A program made the position numbers and the translations under genes. DNA of 64,000 nt. Source: an uncultured Alphaproteobacteria bacterium (lineage in GTDB: Bacteria; Pseudomonadota; Alphaproteobacteria; HIMB59; GCA-002718135). This document shows, one piece after another, positions 10,081 to 19,396 of the stretch (the first letter of the stretch is position 1; each line of letters opens with the position of its first letter). The DNA lies in NCBI GenBank assembly GCA_902628835.1, contig CACOPD010000001.1, positions 297,347 through 361,346 of the forward strand, in the 5' to 3' direction. The notes beneath the pieces were generated by a model. The model ran no database searches and was not told the origin of the DNA. It saw nothing but the letters and a program-made list of their open reading frames with translations.

Positions 10081-11258
10081 TGTCAGAAATTAATTTTGAT
10101 CCAGTTAATCTTACACAATCCTTAGTTAAATGTGCTAGTGTGACTCCAAAAGATGAAGGCGCTTTAACAGTCGTTGAAAATCACCTAAAAGCTATAGGAT
10201 GTGATTGTCATCCATTAACTTTCTCTGGAAACAATTCTTACGAAGTAAAAAATTTATTTGCAACAATAGGAAATGAAGGAAAAAATTTTGCTTATGCTGG
10301 TCATACAGATGTCGTTCCTGTAGGAAATGAAAGTTCATGGAAATACCCTCCTTTTGCTGCAAAAATAGATGGAGGTAAACTCTATGGAAGAGGCAGCGAA
10401 GATATGAAAAGTAGTGTTGCTTGTTTCATTAGTGCCGCTAAAAGATTTGTAGATAAGCATAAAAATCTTCCAGGTAAGATTTCCTTTATTATTACAGGTG
10501 ATGAAGAAAGAGATTCTGTAAACGGCACACCAAGAATTCTAGAATGGGCAAGTAAACAAAATTATAGGTTTGATCATTGTCTTGTTGGTGAACCAACTTC
10601 TAAAAATGAGGTGGGTGATAAAGTAAAAATTGGAAGGAGAGGATCAGTAAGTTTCTTTTTTCAGGTAAAAGGTATTCAAGGACATACGGCTAATTCTCAT
10701 TTAGCTGAAAATTCTTCACATCACTTAGTTAATTTATTAAATAGTATATTAGAAGAACCTCTAGATGAGGGTAATGAAAACTTTTTACCAACATCAGTTC
10801 AAATTGCTACTATTGATATTGGCAATCCCGTTCAAAATGTAATTCCAGAATTAGCTAAAGCAACAGTTAATATTAGATTTAATGATATGCACTCCTCTGA
10901 CTCACTTATAAAATGGATTGATAATAAAATAGAAAAGATTTTCTCTAAATTAGAAAATGCCAGTTGTACTTATACATATGATGCAACGGCTGAGTCATTC
11001 CTTAATAAAGCAGGTGATTTATATAATATTATTTCAACATCAATTTCTGATGTTACAGGGAGAAATAGCCCCCCTGAACAAGCAACTGATGGTGGTACTT
11101 CAGATGCAAGATATATAAAGAACTATTGTGAGGTAGTGGAGTTAGGTCTTAGAAATCAAACACTTCATAAAGTAGATGAATTTGTTTTTGTTGAAGATAT
11201 TATTAAACTAGAAAGTATTTATTTTAGAATTTTAGAAAATTATTTTGAAGTGAATTAG
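10080..11258 (+). CDS. dapE: succinyl-diaminopimelate desuccinylase (M20 peptidase family)
   Basis: M20 metal-ligand motifs AGHTDVVP, GRGSEDMK, ITGDEE. 392 aa. Overlaps the dapD stop by 1 nt. Confidence 0.85.
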   Translation: MSEINFDPVNLTQSLVKCASVTPKDEGALTVVENHLKAIGCDCHPLTFSGNNSYEVKNLFATIGNEGKNFAYAGHTDVVPVGNESSWKYPPFAAKIDGGKLYGRGSEDMKSSVACFISAAKRFVDKHKNLPGKISFIITGDEERDSVNGTPRILEWASKQNYRFDHCLVGEPTSKNEVGDKVKIGRRGSVSFFFQVKGIQGHTANSHLAENSSHHLVNLLNSILEEPLDEGNENFLPTSVQIATIDIGNPVQNVIPELAKATVNIRFNDMHSSDSLIKWIDNKIEKIFSKLENASCTYTYDATAESFLNKAGDLYNIISTSISDVTGRNSPPEQATDGGTSDARYIKNYCEVVELGLRNQTLHKVDEFVFVEDIIKLESIYFRILENYFEVN

Positions 11259-11266
11259 AATTTTCA

Positions 11267-11740
11267 ATGAAAGTCTTTAAAGATTCCTTAATTGCAGCAA
11301 TCGGTGGTTTTAGTTGTATTTTACTTTTGTCTTACTTAGATAATTTTGAAAATATTTATATTTGGCTGATACCTTCATTTGGAGCTTCAATGGTACTAGT
11401 AATGTCAGTTCATAAAAGTGATCTTGCACAACCAAAAAATATTTTCTTTGGTCATGTCATATCAGGATTATCAGGGTTTTTTGTTTTGAGTTTTATAGGA
11501 AGCAATATTTTCTGTATTGGTCTTGGAGTAGGTTTAGCAATTTTTCTAATGATGATAACTAAAACAGTTCATCCACCTGCAGGTGGTAACCCAATTATTG
11601 TAATATTAGGAGAGCAATCTTTAAGTTTTATTTATATAACTTTAGCCTTAGGTTCACTTATAATTATTATTTTTGCAATAATTTATAACAAGTTAGTTGG
11701 TAAAGATTATCCTTATAAAATTAAGAAAGATTTTAACTAA
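11267..11740 (+). CDS. HPP-family integral membrane protein
   Basis: 157 aa with about four hydrophobic helices and the family-defining HPPAG motif (VHPPAGGNP). Confidence 0.7.
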   Translation: MKVFKDSLIAAIGGFSCILLLSYLDNFENIYIWLIPSFGASMVLVMSVHKSDLAQPKNIFFGHVISGLSGFFVLSFIGSNIFCIGLGVGLAIFLMMITKTVHPPAGGNPIIVILGEQSLSFIYITLALGSLIIIIFAIIYNKLVGKDYPYKIKKDFN

Positions 11741-11751
11741 AAGTATTGTAT

Positions 11752-12948
11752 TTATTTCTTATATTTAGTTGCCTCTTCAGAGCCCTCAGTTGAGCTTCCT
11801 TTACTATAAGAATGAGCTCCCATTCCAGCAAGATTTCCATCTTTAACAATTAGATATTGATCTCTAATATTTGTTCCATCAAAAAAACATTCAAGAATTT
11901 CTCTAACTCCTGCAGCATATCTTGCCTGCGCTGATAAAGATGTACCTGATGTATGAGGTGTCATTCCATTATTAGGCATATCTCTCCATACATGATCGTT
12001 TGGAGCAGGCTGGGGGAACCAAACATCCCCTGCATAGCCACTAAGTTGACCTGATTGAATGGCTCTTGCCACTGCATCCTTATCACATATTTTTCCTCTT
12101 GCTGTATTAACAATATAGGCACCCTTTTTCATTTTGCTTATACGCTCATCATTAAAAAGATGTTCTGTTTCTGGATGAAGAGGACAATTAATTGTAACAA
12201 CATCACAAATTTTCAACATTGAATCTAAATCTTCATGATACGTTAAATTTAATTCTTTTTCGACACTATCAGGTAGTCTATGCCTATCAAAGTAGTGCAA
12301 ATGAGTATCAAATGGTTTCATTTTTCTTAGAGCATCTAAGCCTATTCTTCCAGCCGCAACTGTACCTATATGCATACCTTCAACATCATAAGATCTTTTA
12401 ACTGCATCAGCAATATTCCATCCACCAGATTTTGCGATTGCATGCTGATTATGATAATCTCTTACCAAAGAAAGTATCATCATAACAATATGTTCTGCAA
12501 CTGACCTTGAATTACAATAAGTAACTTCTACTACATCTACCTTATTATCCATTGCAGCTTGAAGATCAACATGGTCAGAACCTATTCCTGCGGTAATAGC
12601 CATTTTAAGATTTGGGGCACTTTCAATTCTTTTTCTAGTAAGATAATAAGGCCAAAAAGGTTGTGAAATAACTATATCTGAATCAACTAATTCTTTGTCA
12701 GCCTGACATCCTTCAGTATCTTTGTCAGAAGTCACGACTAATGTATGGCCTTGTTCTTCTAAAAATTTTCTTAATCCTAATTCTCCAGAGACACATCCGA
12801 GTAACTCACCTGGGTTAAAATCTATATTTTTAGGAGAAGGAAGAGTCATTCCATCAGGGTATTTTTCAATTTTAGGAAGACTGTTTAAGGCATAGCTCTC
12901 AGGCATTCCAGTAGAAGGATCATCGTATAAAACACATAAAATTTTCAT
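11752..12948 (-). CDS. fdh: NAD-dependent formate dehydrogenase
   Basis: 398 aa. Near-colinear with the classical soluble NAD-FDH pattern (MKILCVLYDDP..., GELGLRKFLEEQGHTLVVTSDKD, GTVAAGRIGL, PQPAPNDHVWR, C-terminal GSEEATKYKK). Confidence 0.9.
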   Translation of the reverse strand: MKILCVLYDDPSTGMPESYALNSLPKIEKYPDGMTLPSPKNIDFNPGELLGCVSGELGLRKFLEEQGHTLVVTSDKDTEGCQADKELVDSDIVISQPFWPYYLTRKRIESAPNLKMAITAGIGSDHVDLQAAMDNKVDVVEVTYCNSRSVAEHIVMMILSLVRDYHNQHAIAKSGGWNIADAVKRSYDVEGMHIGTVAAGRIGLDALRKMKPFDTHLHYFDRHRLPDSVEKELNLTYHEDLDSMLKICDVVTINCPLHPETEHLFNDERISKMKKGAYIVNTARGKICDKDAVARAIQSGQLSGYAGDVWFPQPAPNDHVWRDMPNNGMTPHTSGTSLSAQARYAAGVREILECFFDGTNIRDQYLIVKDGNLAGMGAHSYSKGSSTEGSEEATKYKK

Positions 12949-13042
12949 AATTTTTTTATAGTTATTTTAAAAATAAATTTTAAAAAAATATTTTTTTTAC
13001 TTAAGTCCTAATAAATTCAACTAATTTATAATTATTTTAAAT

Positions 13043-13696
13043 TTAAGTTTCATGCTTGATACTCAGACTGTTTATATATAAATGATTTTTGAAGATTTCT
13101 TTTTTATTAAACTGAGCTATTAAGACATTTTCAAGATTTCTAGTCAGCAAAGTATTATCCTTATCTGAGAGATAAGAAAATAAATAACCATTGTTTAATG
13201 CACAATCCCTCTCAAACAATTGATGGTCCCATATAGCTGCATAACTGCCCAAACCAAAATGAGAGGTTACATTGGAATAATCAGAATTAAACATGATATT
13301 TTGATTATTAAATATTGCAAAATCAAAAATTTCTTCACCACTAATTTTATAAAAAGTATTAAAAATAGAAAGGTAAATTTGTTTAATATCAGATTTATGA
13401 ATCCGTGTATTAAAAATATTATTTGTAATATTTAAATCAATAATTTTTGATATATAACCAACTACAAAACTAGACGAGCCCTTGATAGGATCTAATTTAT
13501 CAAATTTTAAATGTAAATTAGATAAATTTGGTTTTTCGATTTGAATAAAATCATAATTTTTATTACTTGATATTTTTTTAATACTTACACCATAATTTAT
13601 AATTTTTTTGTAATTACCATGTGTTTGAAGACCTACTAAATACAAGATCGTGTTCAAACATAAATCAATATTTGACGATAAAGATTGATTAACCAT
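13043..13696 (-). CDS. hypothetical protein (217 aa, no motif recognised)
   Basis: Long uninterrupted ORF, co-directional with and downstream of the GT4/2-hydroxyacid dehydrogenase pair. Asn/Ile/Lys-rich, with no signal peptide or TM segment evident. Coding status is inferred from ORF length only. Confidence 0.5.
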   Translation of the reverse strand: MVNQSLSSNIDLCLNTILYLVGLQTHGNYKKIINYGVSIKKISSNKNYDFIQIEKPNLSNLHLKFDKLDPIKGSSSFVVGYISKIIDLNITNNIFNTRIHKSDIKQIYLSIFNTFYKISGEEIFDFAIFNNQNIMFNSDYSNVTSHFGLGSYAAIWDHQLFERDCALNNGYLFSYLSDKDNTLLTRNLENVLIAQFNKKEIFKNHLYINSLSIKHET

Positions 13697-13798
13697 TGGT
13701 TAAAAATACTTATTTTTTACATGAAATAAATTTTATTTTATTTTTCTTATTTTGATTAACTGAAATAAAATATTTTAATATTAGAATAATTCTAAAAT

Positions 13799-14734
13799 TT
13801 AATAAAAACTTTTATTAGATTCGATATCTGATTTTAAATTATGATTATTTTTATATATTTTATATTTTTGAAACATATACTCTACGGCAGAATCTATTGC
13901 TGTAACTCCTGCAACATGTGGGGTAATAGAAACGTTTGGTAAGCTCCAAAGTTTACTTGAAGTTTTAAGTGGTTCATTTTTAAATACATCTAAATAAACA
14001 AAAAAATCTTTGTTTCGTTTTAAGTGTTCCACGAGTGCAATTTCATCAATGGCATTCCCTCTGCCAATATTTATTAAACATGATTTCTTTTTCATTTTTT
14101 TTAAGAATGATCTATTAATAATGTTATCTGTTTCCGGAGTTGCTGGTAAAATTGAAACTATAACATCTGAGTTTTTAATAAATTTTGTTATGTTTTTTTT
14201 GGTATAAACTTTAATATTTAAAAATTGCTTAGAAGATTTCTTATAAGCAATTACATTGTAATTTAATTTAATTAATTTTTTTGCAATGTAAGAGCCAAGA
14301 AAACCTAAACCAAGAATACCTACAGTTAAGTTTTCATTATCAATTGGAGTTCTCTCACCAGACCAATATTTTTTATTTTGGGAATTTTGAAAAATTTTAA
14401 AATTTAATTGATAATTTAGAATTTGAGCTAAAGAATAATTAGCAATTCTTTCACCCATTTTTGGATCTTTTATTCTTATAATAGGTATTTTTCTATTATA
14501 ATTTTTTAATTTTAATATGTGGTCGACTCCAGCACCCATAGAAAAAATAATTTTGAGATTTTTAAGCTTTGCAAGAGTTTCATCCGGTAAATTCCAAATA
14601 ATAGCATATTTTACTTCATTAAATTTTTTATAATCTTTTATAGAAATTATTTTTTCATTTTTAAAATATTTTTTTATTGTTTTTTTCCAAACATCTATTT
14701 TATCAAATGTTGTATTATGAAATAATATTGTCAT
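13799..14734 (-). CDS. D-isomer-specific 2-hydroxyacid dehydrogenase family protein (glyoxylate/hydroxypyruvate reductase-like)
   Basis: NAD-binding VGILGLGFLGSYIAKKL. Catalytic-region motifs INIGRG, LDVFKNEP, TPHVAG. Confidence 0.8.
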   Translation of the reverse strand: MTILFHNTTFDKIDVWKKTIKKYFKNEKIISIKDYKKFNEVKYAIIWNLPDETLAKLKNLKIIFSMGAGVDHILKLKNYNRKIPIIRIKDPKMGERIANYSLAQILNYQLNFKIFQNSQNKKYWSGERTPIDNENLTVGILGLGFLGSYIAKKLIKLNYNVIAYKKSSKQFLNIKVYTKKNITKFIKNSDVIVSILPATPETDNIINRSFLKKMKKKSCLINIGRGNAIDEIALVEHLKRNKDFFVYLDVFKNEPLKTSSKLWSLPNVSITPHVAGVTAIDSAVEYMFQKYKIYKNNHNLKSDIESNKSFY

Positions 14735-15834
14735 TGGATTTCTTTAATTAAATCATTATATTTTTTGATTTGAATATCCCAATTAAGTTCATTTTCTGCT
14801 CTTATTTTAGCATTTTGACCAAGGTTTAATCTGTATTCTTTATTATCTATTAAGCTTTTTATTGCTTCATCTAATTCATCAGTTCCTTTTATTATTAAAC
14901 CTGTTTTATTATGTATTACAGCTTCAGGAGTACCGCCTACATCAGATGCTATTGAGGGTATTTTGAAATTTGCTGCTTCTATGTAGGCTATACCAAATCC
15001 TTCAATAGATATTGCTGAACTCTCATCTAAAGTTGGCATTATCATTAAATCAGTATTAGAGAATATATAATTTTTTTGGTTTTCACTTACTGTGCCAACT
15101 AGATTTACATTATCTTGAAGATTGTATTCTTTAATTTTATTTTTAATATTATTTAGCTCCTCACCTTCACCTGCGATTATATATTGTATATTGGGAAAAT
15201 ATTTTTTTAAATTCATTATAGATTTAAGAATTAAAGCATGACCTTTTCTTTTTTCAAGTCTTGCAAGAGTAAGTAATATTGGCGAACCTTGATTTAAACT
15301 TACATTCTCTTCAATATAATTTTTTTTAATATTAATTCCTGGGTATATTGTTTTAACATTTTGAAAATTATTACTTATTTTATTGAGTAAACTTTTTGTA
15401 TAATTTGAATTAACTACTATTGCATTTGCATATTCTAATATTTTTCGTACACGATTATGATGTTTGTTGTTTTTAATTATTATTTCATTCCCATGAGCTA
15501 AGCTAATAACTGGTATTCTATTTTTTTTAAGAAAATCAATTGTTACTTCAAGACTTTTCCAACTATCACTAATTACAGCATCAATTTTTGATGAAGTATG
15601 TATTTTTTTAAGTTTGTTAAATTTTTTTCTATTTCTTAAAAACTTAATACCTCGAAATCTTTTTGTAGAAAAATTTATTTCATTTTGATCAAAAATATTA
15701 TCTTCTTTAAAATTTTGTTGATCTGCTAATACAACAACATCATTAGAGTAACTTAGGTGCAATGCAATATTGTACATTAAGGTTTCTATTCCTCCAACTC
15801 GTGAGGGAAAACATTGTGTTAATATTACGATCAT
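14731..15834 (-). CDS. glycosyltransferase, GT4 (group 1) family
   Basis: 367 aa. GT-B C-terminal EX7E region EGFGIAYIEAANFKIPSIASDVGG. Overlaps the downstream dehydrogenase start by 4 nt. Confidence 0.8.
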   Translation of the reverse strand: MIVILTQCFPSRVGGIETLMYNIALHLSYSNDVVVLADQQNFKEDNIFDQNEINFSTKRFRGIKFLRNRKKFNKLKKIHTSSKIDAVISDSWKSLEVTIDFLKKNRIPVISLAHGNEIIIKNNKHHNRVRKILEYANAIVVNSNYTKSLLNKISNNFQNVKTIYPGINIKKNYIEENVSLNQGSPILLTLARLEKRKGHALILKSIMNLKKYFPNIQYIIAGEGEELNNIKNKIKEYNLQDNVNLVGTVSENQKNYIFSNTDLMIMPTLDESSAISIEGFGIAYIEAANFKIPSIASDVGGTPEAVIHNKTGLIIKGTDELDEAIKSLIDNKEYRLNLGQNAKIRAENELNWDIQIKKYNDLIKEIQ

Positions 15835-15850
15835 TTTTTTAATATATCAA

Positions 15851-15869
15851 AATTAATTAATTAATTAAT
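15851..15869. repeat. tetranucleotide tandem repeat (AATT) x4.75
   Basis: Read directly: aattaattaattaattaat. It ends 17 nt upstream of the GT4 ATG (15834, minus strand), in the 63-nt spacer after pepP. Confidence 0.9.
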
Positions 15870-15897
15870 AATAAAGCAAAATAATTAGTGACTTTAA

Positions 15898-17664
15898 TTA
15901 AACTTCAGATGTTGCATCTTTAAGCCAATCTCTCTCCTTATCCTCAAGGTATTTCTCCAATATATCATACACCTTTTTATGATATTTATTTAACCAATGT
16001 CTTTCAATTTGATCTAGCATACTTGTGTCAATAAGATCGAGATCTATTGGACACCATGATATGTTTTCGAAGTATAATTTCTTATCGCTATTCTCTTTTA
16101 TCACCACTAAATTTTCTGTTCTTATACCATATTCATTTTCTTTATAGTATCCAGGCTCATTGGACAAAATCATTCCTGGAAGTAATTCGACACTTTCAAA
16201 CATTGATTTTTTTGCAATACGTTGTGGTGCTTCATGCACACTCAAAAAACTTCCAATACCGTGCCCTGTCCCATGATCATAATCTAAATTAATTTCTTGG
16301 AGACTTTTTCTTGCCAGATAATCAATATCAGTTCCTTTTGTTCCCTTTTCAAAAACATGATTTGATAAGGCGATATGACCTTTAAGAACTCTTGTAAATC
16401 TATCTTTTTGTTCTGTTGTTGCTTCACCTAAAATTATAGTTCTGGTTATATCGGTTGTGCCATCAAAATATTGCCCTCCTGAGTCAACAAGGTAAATATT
16501 ATTATCTGAGAAAGATGATTTTCCTTCTTCAGTAACGCGGTAATGAGGAAGGGCTGCATTTTTATCAATTGCTGATATTGTATCAAAAGATAGAGAATGA
16601 AAAAATTCATTTTTTCTTCGAAGATTTTCTAAATGATACGAAACACTTATTTCATCATTTGATTTAGGATCCATGATATTTTTTAACCAATAAATATATT
16701 TGGTAATACTAACACCATCTCTTATATGTGCTTTTTTGGCCCCATCTAGTTCAGTTTCATTTTTGATAGCTTTTAACAAAATACATGGATTTGGTAAATT
16801 TTTAGTACTTGTTTTTTGTTTTCTTAAAAGATCTAAAAAATAATAAGTGGTGGAATTAAAATCTAAACCAATTGATTCAGATGAATTAATGTTATTAAAA
16901 ATTGATCCGATGTTTTCAATATTACTAATATTAATTAGTGTTTGGATTTCTTTTTTTAATATTTCTGGCATTGCAGACTCTTTTATATACAAAGAGTGTT
17001 TATTATTTTTTGAAATTAAAAGATAAGAATAAAGCAGCGGTGTATATTTAATATCATCTGCTCTTAAATTTAATAGCCAAGCAATATTATCAAGCCCAGA
17101 AACAAAGTAATGATCAATTTCATTTTGATCTAAAAATTTTTTTAAAATATCTAATTTTTCACGTCTGCCCTGACCAGCAAAACTTGTTGGGTGGTCAAAT
17201 ATATCTGTATACTGAGTTTTTGGTTGATTTTTCCATATTAAATCAACAAAATTTTTATCTATTAGTTGGAGTTGAGATGTTGAATTCTTTAACATTTTAA
17301 GCACTTTTTCAATTTCTATAATTGAATGAAGAGTTGGATCTAATGCAATTTTACATTCTTTTTCTGATAAAATTTTTTCTAAATCTGTCCAAAAGCTATT
17401 TAAGTGTTTTGGTTGAATCTCTTTGGTATTAATTTGAGTATTTGCTTGAAAAGTATATCGTCCATCAACATACAAGAATGCATCTGTTGGCGTTATAATT
17501 GCTCTTCCTGCTGAACCAGAAAAGTTTGTTATAAAATTTAATCTTTCTGCATTTGGAGAAATATACTCATTTAAATATTCATCACTTCTATTAATGACAA
17601 ATATATCGGTATCTTTTTCTTTTAATAGATTTTGTAATTTTTTTAAATTTGATTGATTGATCAT
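15898..17664 (-). CDS. pepP: Xaa-Pro aminopeptidase (M24B, long three-domain form)
   Basis: 588 aa. M24 metal-ligand motifs HGTGHGIGSFLSVHE, SNEPGYY, GIRTEN. Has an N-terminal creatinase-like region. Confidence 0.85.
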   Translation of the reverse strand: MINQSNLKKLQNLLKEKDTDIFVINRSDEYLNEYISPNAERLNFITNFSGSAGRAIITPTDAFLYVDGRYTFQANTQINTKEIQPKHLNSFWTDLEKILSEKECKIALDPTLHSIIEIEKVLKMLKNSTSQLQLIDKNFVDLIWKNQPKTQYTDIFDHPTSFAGQGRREKLDILKKFLDQNEIDHYFVSGLDNIAWLLNLRADDIKYTPLLYSYLLISKNNKHSLYIKESAMPEILKKEIQTLINISNIENIGSIFNNINSSESIGLDFNSTTYYFLDLLRKQKTSTKNLPNPCILLKAIKNETELDGAKKAHIRDGVSITKYIYWLKNIMDPKSNDEISVSYHLENLRRKNEFFHSLSFDTISAIDKNAALPHYRVTEEGKSSFSDNNIYLVDSGGQYFDGTTDITRTIILGEATTEQKDRFTRVLKGHIALSNHVFEKGTKGTDIDYLARKSLQEINLDYDHGTGHGIGSFLSVHEAPQRIAKKSMFESVELLPGMILSNEPGYYKENEYGIRTENLVVIKENSDKKLYFENISWCPIDLDLIDTSMLDQIERHWLNKYHKKVYDILEKYLEDKERDWLKDATSEV

Positions 17665-18623
17665 AACTTATTAAATAAACTTAAATCGATATTACCACCA
17701 GAAATCATAACTATAATTCTTTTATTTTTGACATCAATTTTATTATTTAATACTGCAGCTGCCGCAACTGCTCCACCTGGTTCCACTACTATTTTAAGTT
17801 GTTCAGCTAATAAAATTATGGTCTTTGTTACTTCTTCATCAGAAACACTTAATCCTCCTTCAAGATTATTTGAATTTATTTGAAAGGTTATATTTCCAGG
17901 TTGAGGTGCTAATAGTGCGTCACAAAAAGATTTAGCATTTTTTTTATTTTCTAAAATTTTCCCAGCTTCTAAAGATCTTTTTGTATCATCAAATTCATCA
18001 GGTTCTACAGAATATGATTTTATATTAGGATAAATATGTTTTAAGTATGTTGATGTTCCTGCAATAAGACCTCCACCTCCACAACAACATAAATAAAGAT
18101 CTGGTTCAATTGATTGCTCTTTCAAATCATTTACAATTTCAATAGCCGCAGTCCCCTGACCAGCAATAATATCTTCATCATCATAGGGTTTAATTAGAGC
18201 TCTATTATCTTTCTTTTGAATTTCATTTCCTATCTCTTCTCTATTTTGAAAGTATTTGTCATATAATATTACCTCTGCTCCATATTTTTTTGTATTTTCA
18301 ATTTTTATTTGAGGTGCAGTTTTAGGCATTATTATTTTTGCACTTAAATTATTTTGAGAAGCTGAAAAAGCAACCGCTTGCGCGTGATTGCCTGAAGAAT
18401 AAGCAACTACTCCATTTTCTATTAAATCTTTTGATAGTAAAGATATCTTATGTGCGGCTCCTCTAAATTTGAAAGATCCAGTATTTTGAAAATTTTCTAA
18501 CTTAAAATATATTTGTGAATTTAATAATTTATTAATGTAATCATTTGTTACTAAAGGTGTTTCGACAACTAATTCTTTTATTCTAGAATAAGCATTTTCA
18601 ATATTTTTATAACTAAATGTCAT
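17661..18623 (-). CDS. PLP-dependent threonine/serine dehydratase-like enzyme (short form, no ACT regulatory domain)
   Basis: PLP-lysine motif TGSFKFRGA and glycine loop CCGGGGLIAG. 320 aa. Its stop overlaps the pepP start by 4 nt. Confidence 0.75.
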   Translation of the reverse strand: MTFSYKNIENAYSRIKELVVETPLVTNDYINKLLNSQIYFKLENFQNTGSFKFRGAAHKISLLSKDLIENGVVAYSSGNHAQAVAFSASQNNLSAKIIMPKTAPQIKIENTKKYGAEVILYDKYFQNREEIGNEIQKKDNRALIKPYDDEDIIAGQGTAAIEIVNDLKEQSIEPDLYLCCCGGGGLIAGTSTYLKHIYPNIKSYSVEPDEFDDTKRSLEAGKILENKKNAKSFCDALLAPQPGNITFQINSNNLEGGLSVSDEEVTKTIILLAEQLKIVVEPGGAVAAAAVLNNKIDVKNKRIIVMISGGNIDLSLFNKL

Positions 18624-18743
18624 TTATTATAAGTTAATTTATGTATTTATTATAAACCATAGTTAAAATTAGACTAATTCTAATATCTTAAAAATAAAAA
18701 AATAATACTTATCTAATAATTTTTTTAAGTATATTATGAAAGT

Positions 18744-19370
18744 TTGAGTATATTAAAACAAGTGAAGAAAATATTTGTAGTCTTTGGGCACCATAATACT
18801 AGTGGTTCATTTAATTCAGAAATAAGAGATACTTTTATTAAAGAAGCAGAAAAGTTAGGCCACACAATTGATCTAGTTAATTTATTTGAAGAGAAAGAAT
18901 ATTTACCTTTTTATAATTCTAACTTCAACCCACCTCCCAAGTTAGTTTTAGATTATAGAAAAAGACTTGAAAAAAGTGATGTAATGTTTTTGATAGGTTC
19001 TTGTAATAACCTTAGGCTAAATTCTATATTAGAAAATTGGGTAGATTGGGTACTTCATCCAAAATGGTTTTTCTCTTATAAAACCGCCTTACCAGACAAT
19101 AAATTTTTTAAAAACTATGGCTATACTGTTCCGGGCGCTATGAAAGGTAAACTAGGAATTGTATCTATAACTTATGGCGGCCCAATGATTAGTTATTTTA
19201 ATTTTTCTATTTTCGATAATATCCCATATAGGAGAATCAAAAAAGCGGTGTTTAATTTAGGTGGAATGAAAACAAAATATATTAGATTTTACTCAGTATT
19301 ACCTGATATGTCTAAAAAAGTATTTAACAATCACATGAAACGTGTGAAAATTTTAGCTCAAAGTTTATAA
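18744..19370 (+). CDS. flavodoxin-like fold NAD(P)H oxidoreductase family protein (tentative)
   Basis: The N-terminal FVVFGHHNTSGSFNSEIRDTFIKEAEKLGHTIDLVNLFEE pattern resembles the Flavodoxin_2 / NAD(P)H quinone dehydrogenase family. The start is uncertain: TTG at 18744 or GTG at 18762. Confidence 0.55.
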   Translation: MSILKQVKKIFVVFGHHNTSGSFNSEIRDTFIKEAEKLGHTIDLVNLFEEKEYLPFYNSNFNPPPKLVLDYRKRLEKSDVMFLIGSCNNLRLNSILENWVDWVLHPKWFFSYKTALPDNKFFKNYGYTVPGAMKGKLGIVSITYGGPMISYFNFSIFDNIPYRRIKKAVFNLGGMKTKYIRFYSVLPDMSKKVFNNHMKRVKILAQSL

Positions 19371-19396
19371 GAAATATTTCTGATTTTAGTCTTATT

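Noticed and set aside
13766-13777. AT-only palindromes in spacers: TAAAATATTTTA at 13766-13777 and AATTTAAATT at 27143-27152.
   Set aside because: They consist solely of A/T in a very AT-rich genome. Such short palindromes are expected by chance and would make very weak hairpins.
18728-18755. 9-bp direct repeat AGTATATTA (18728-18736 and 18747-18755) flanking the TTG start of the flavodoxin-like gene.
   Set aside because: It is short and AT-rich, with a single recurrence. I cannot distinguish it from chance without a background model.
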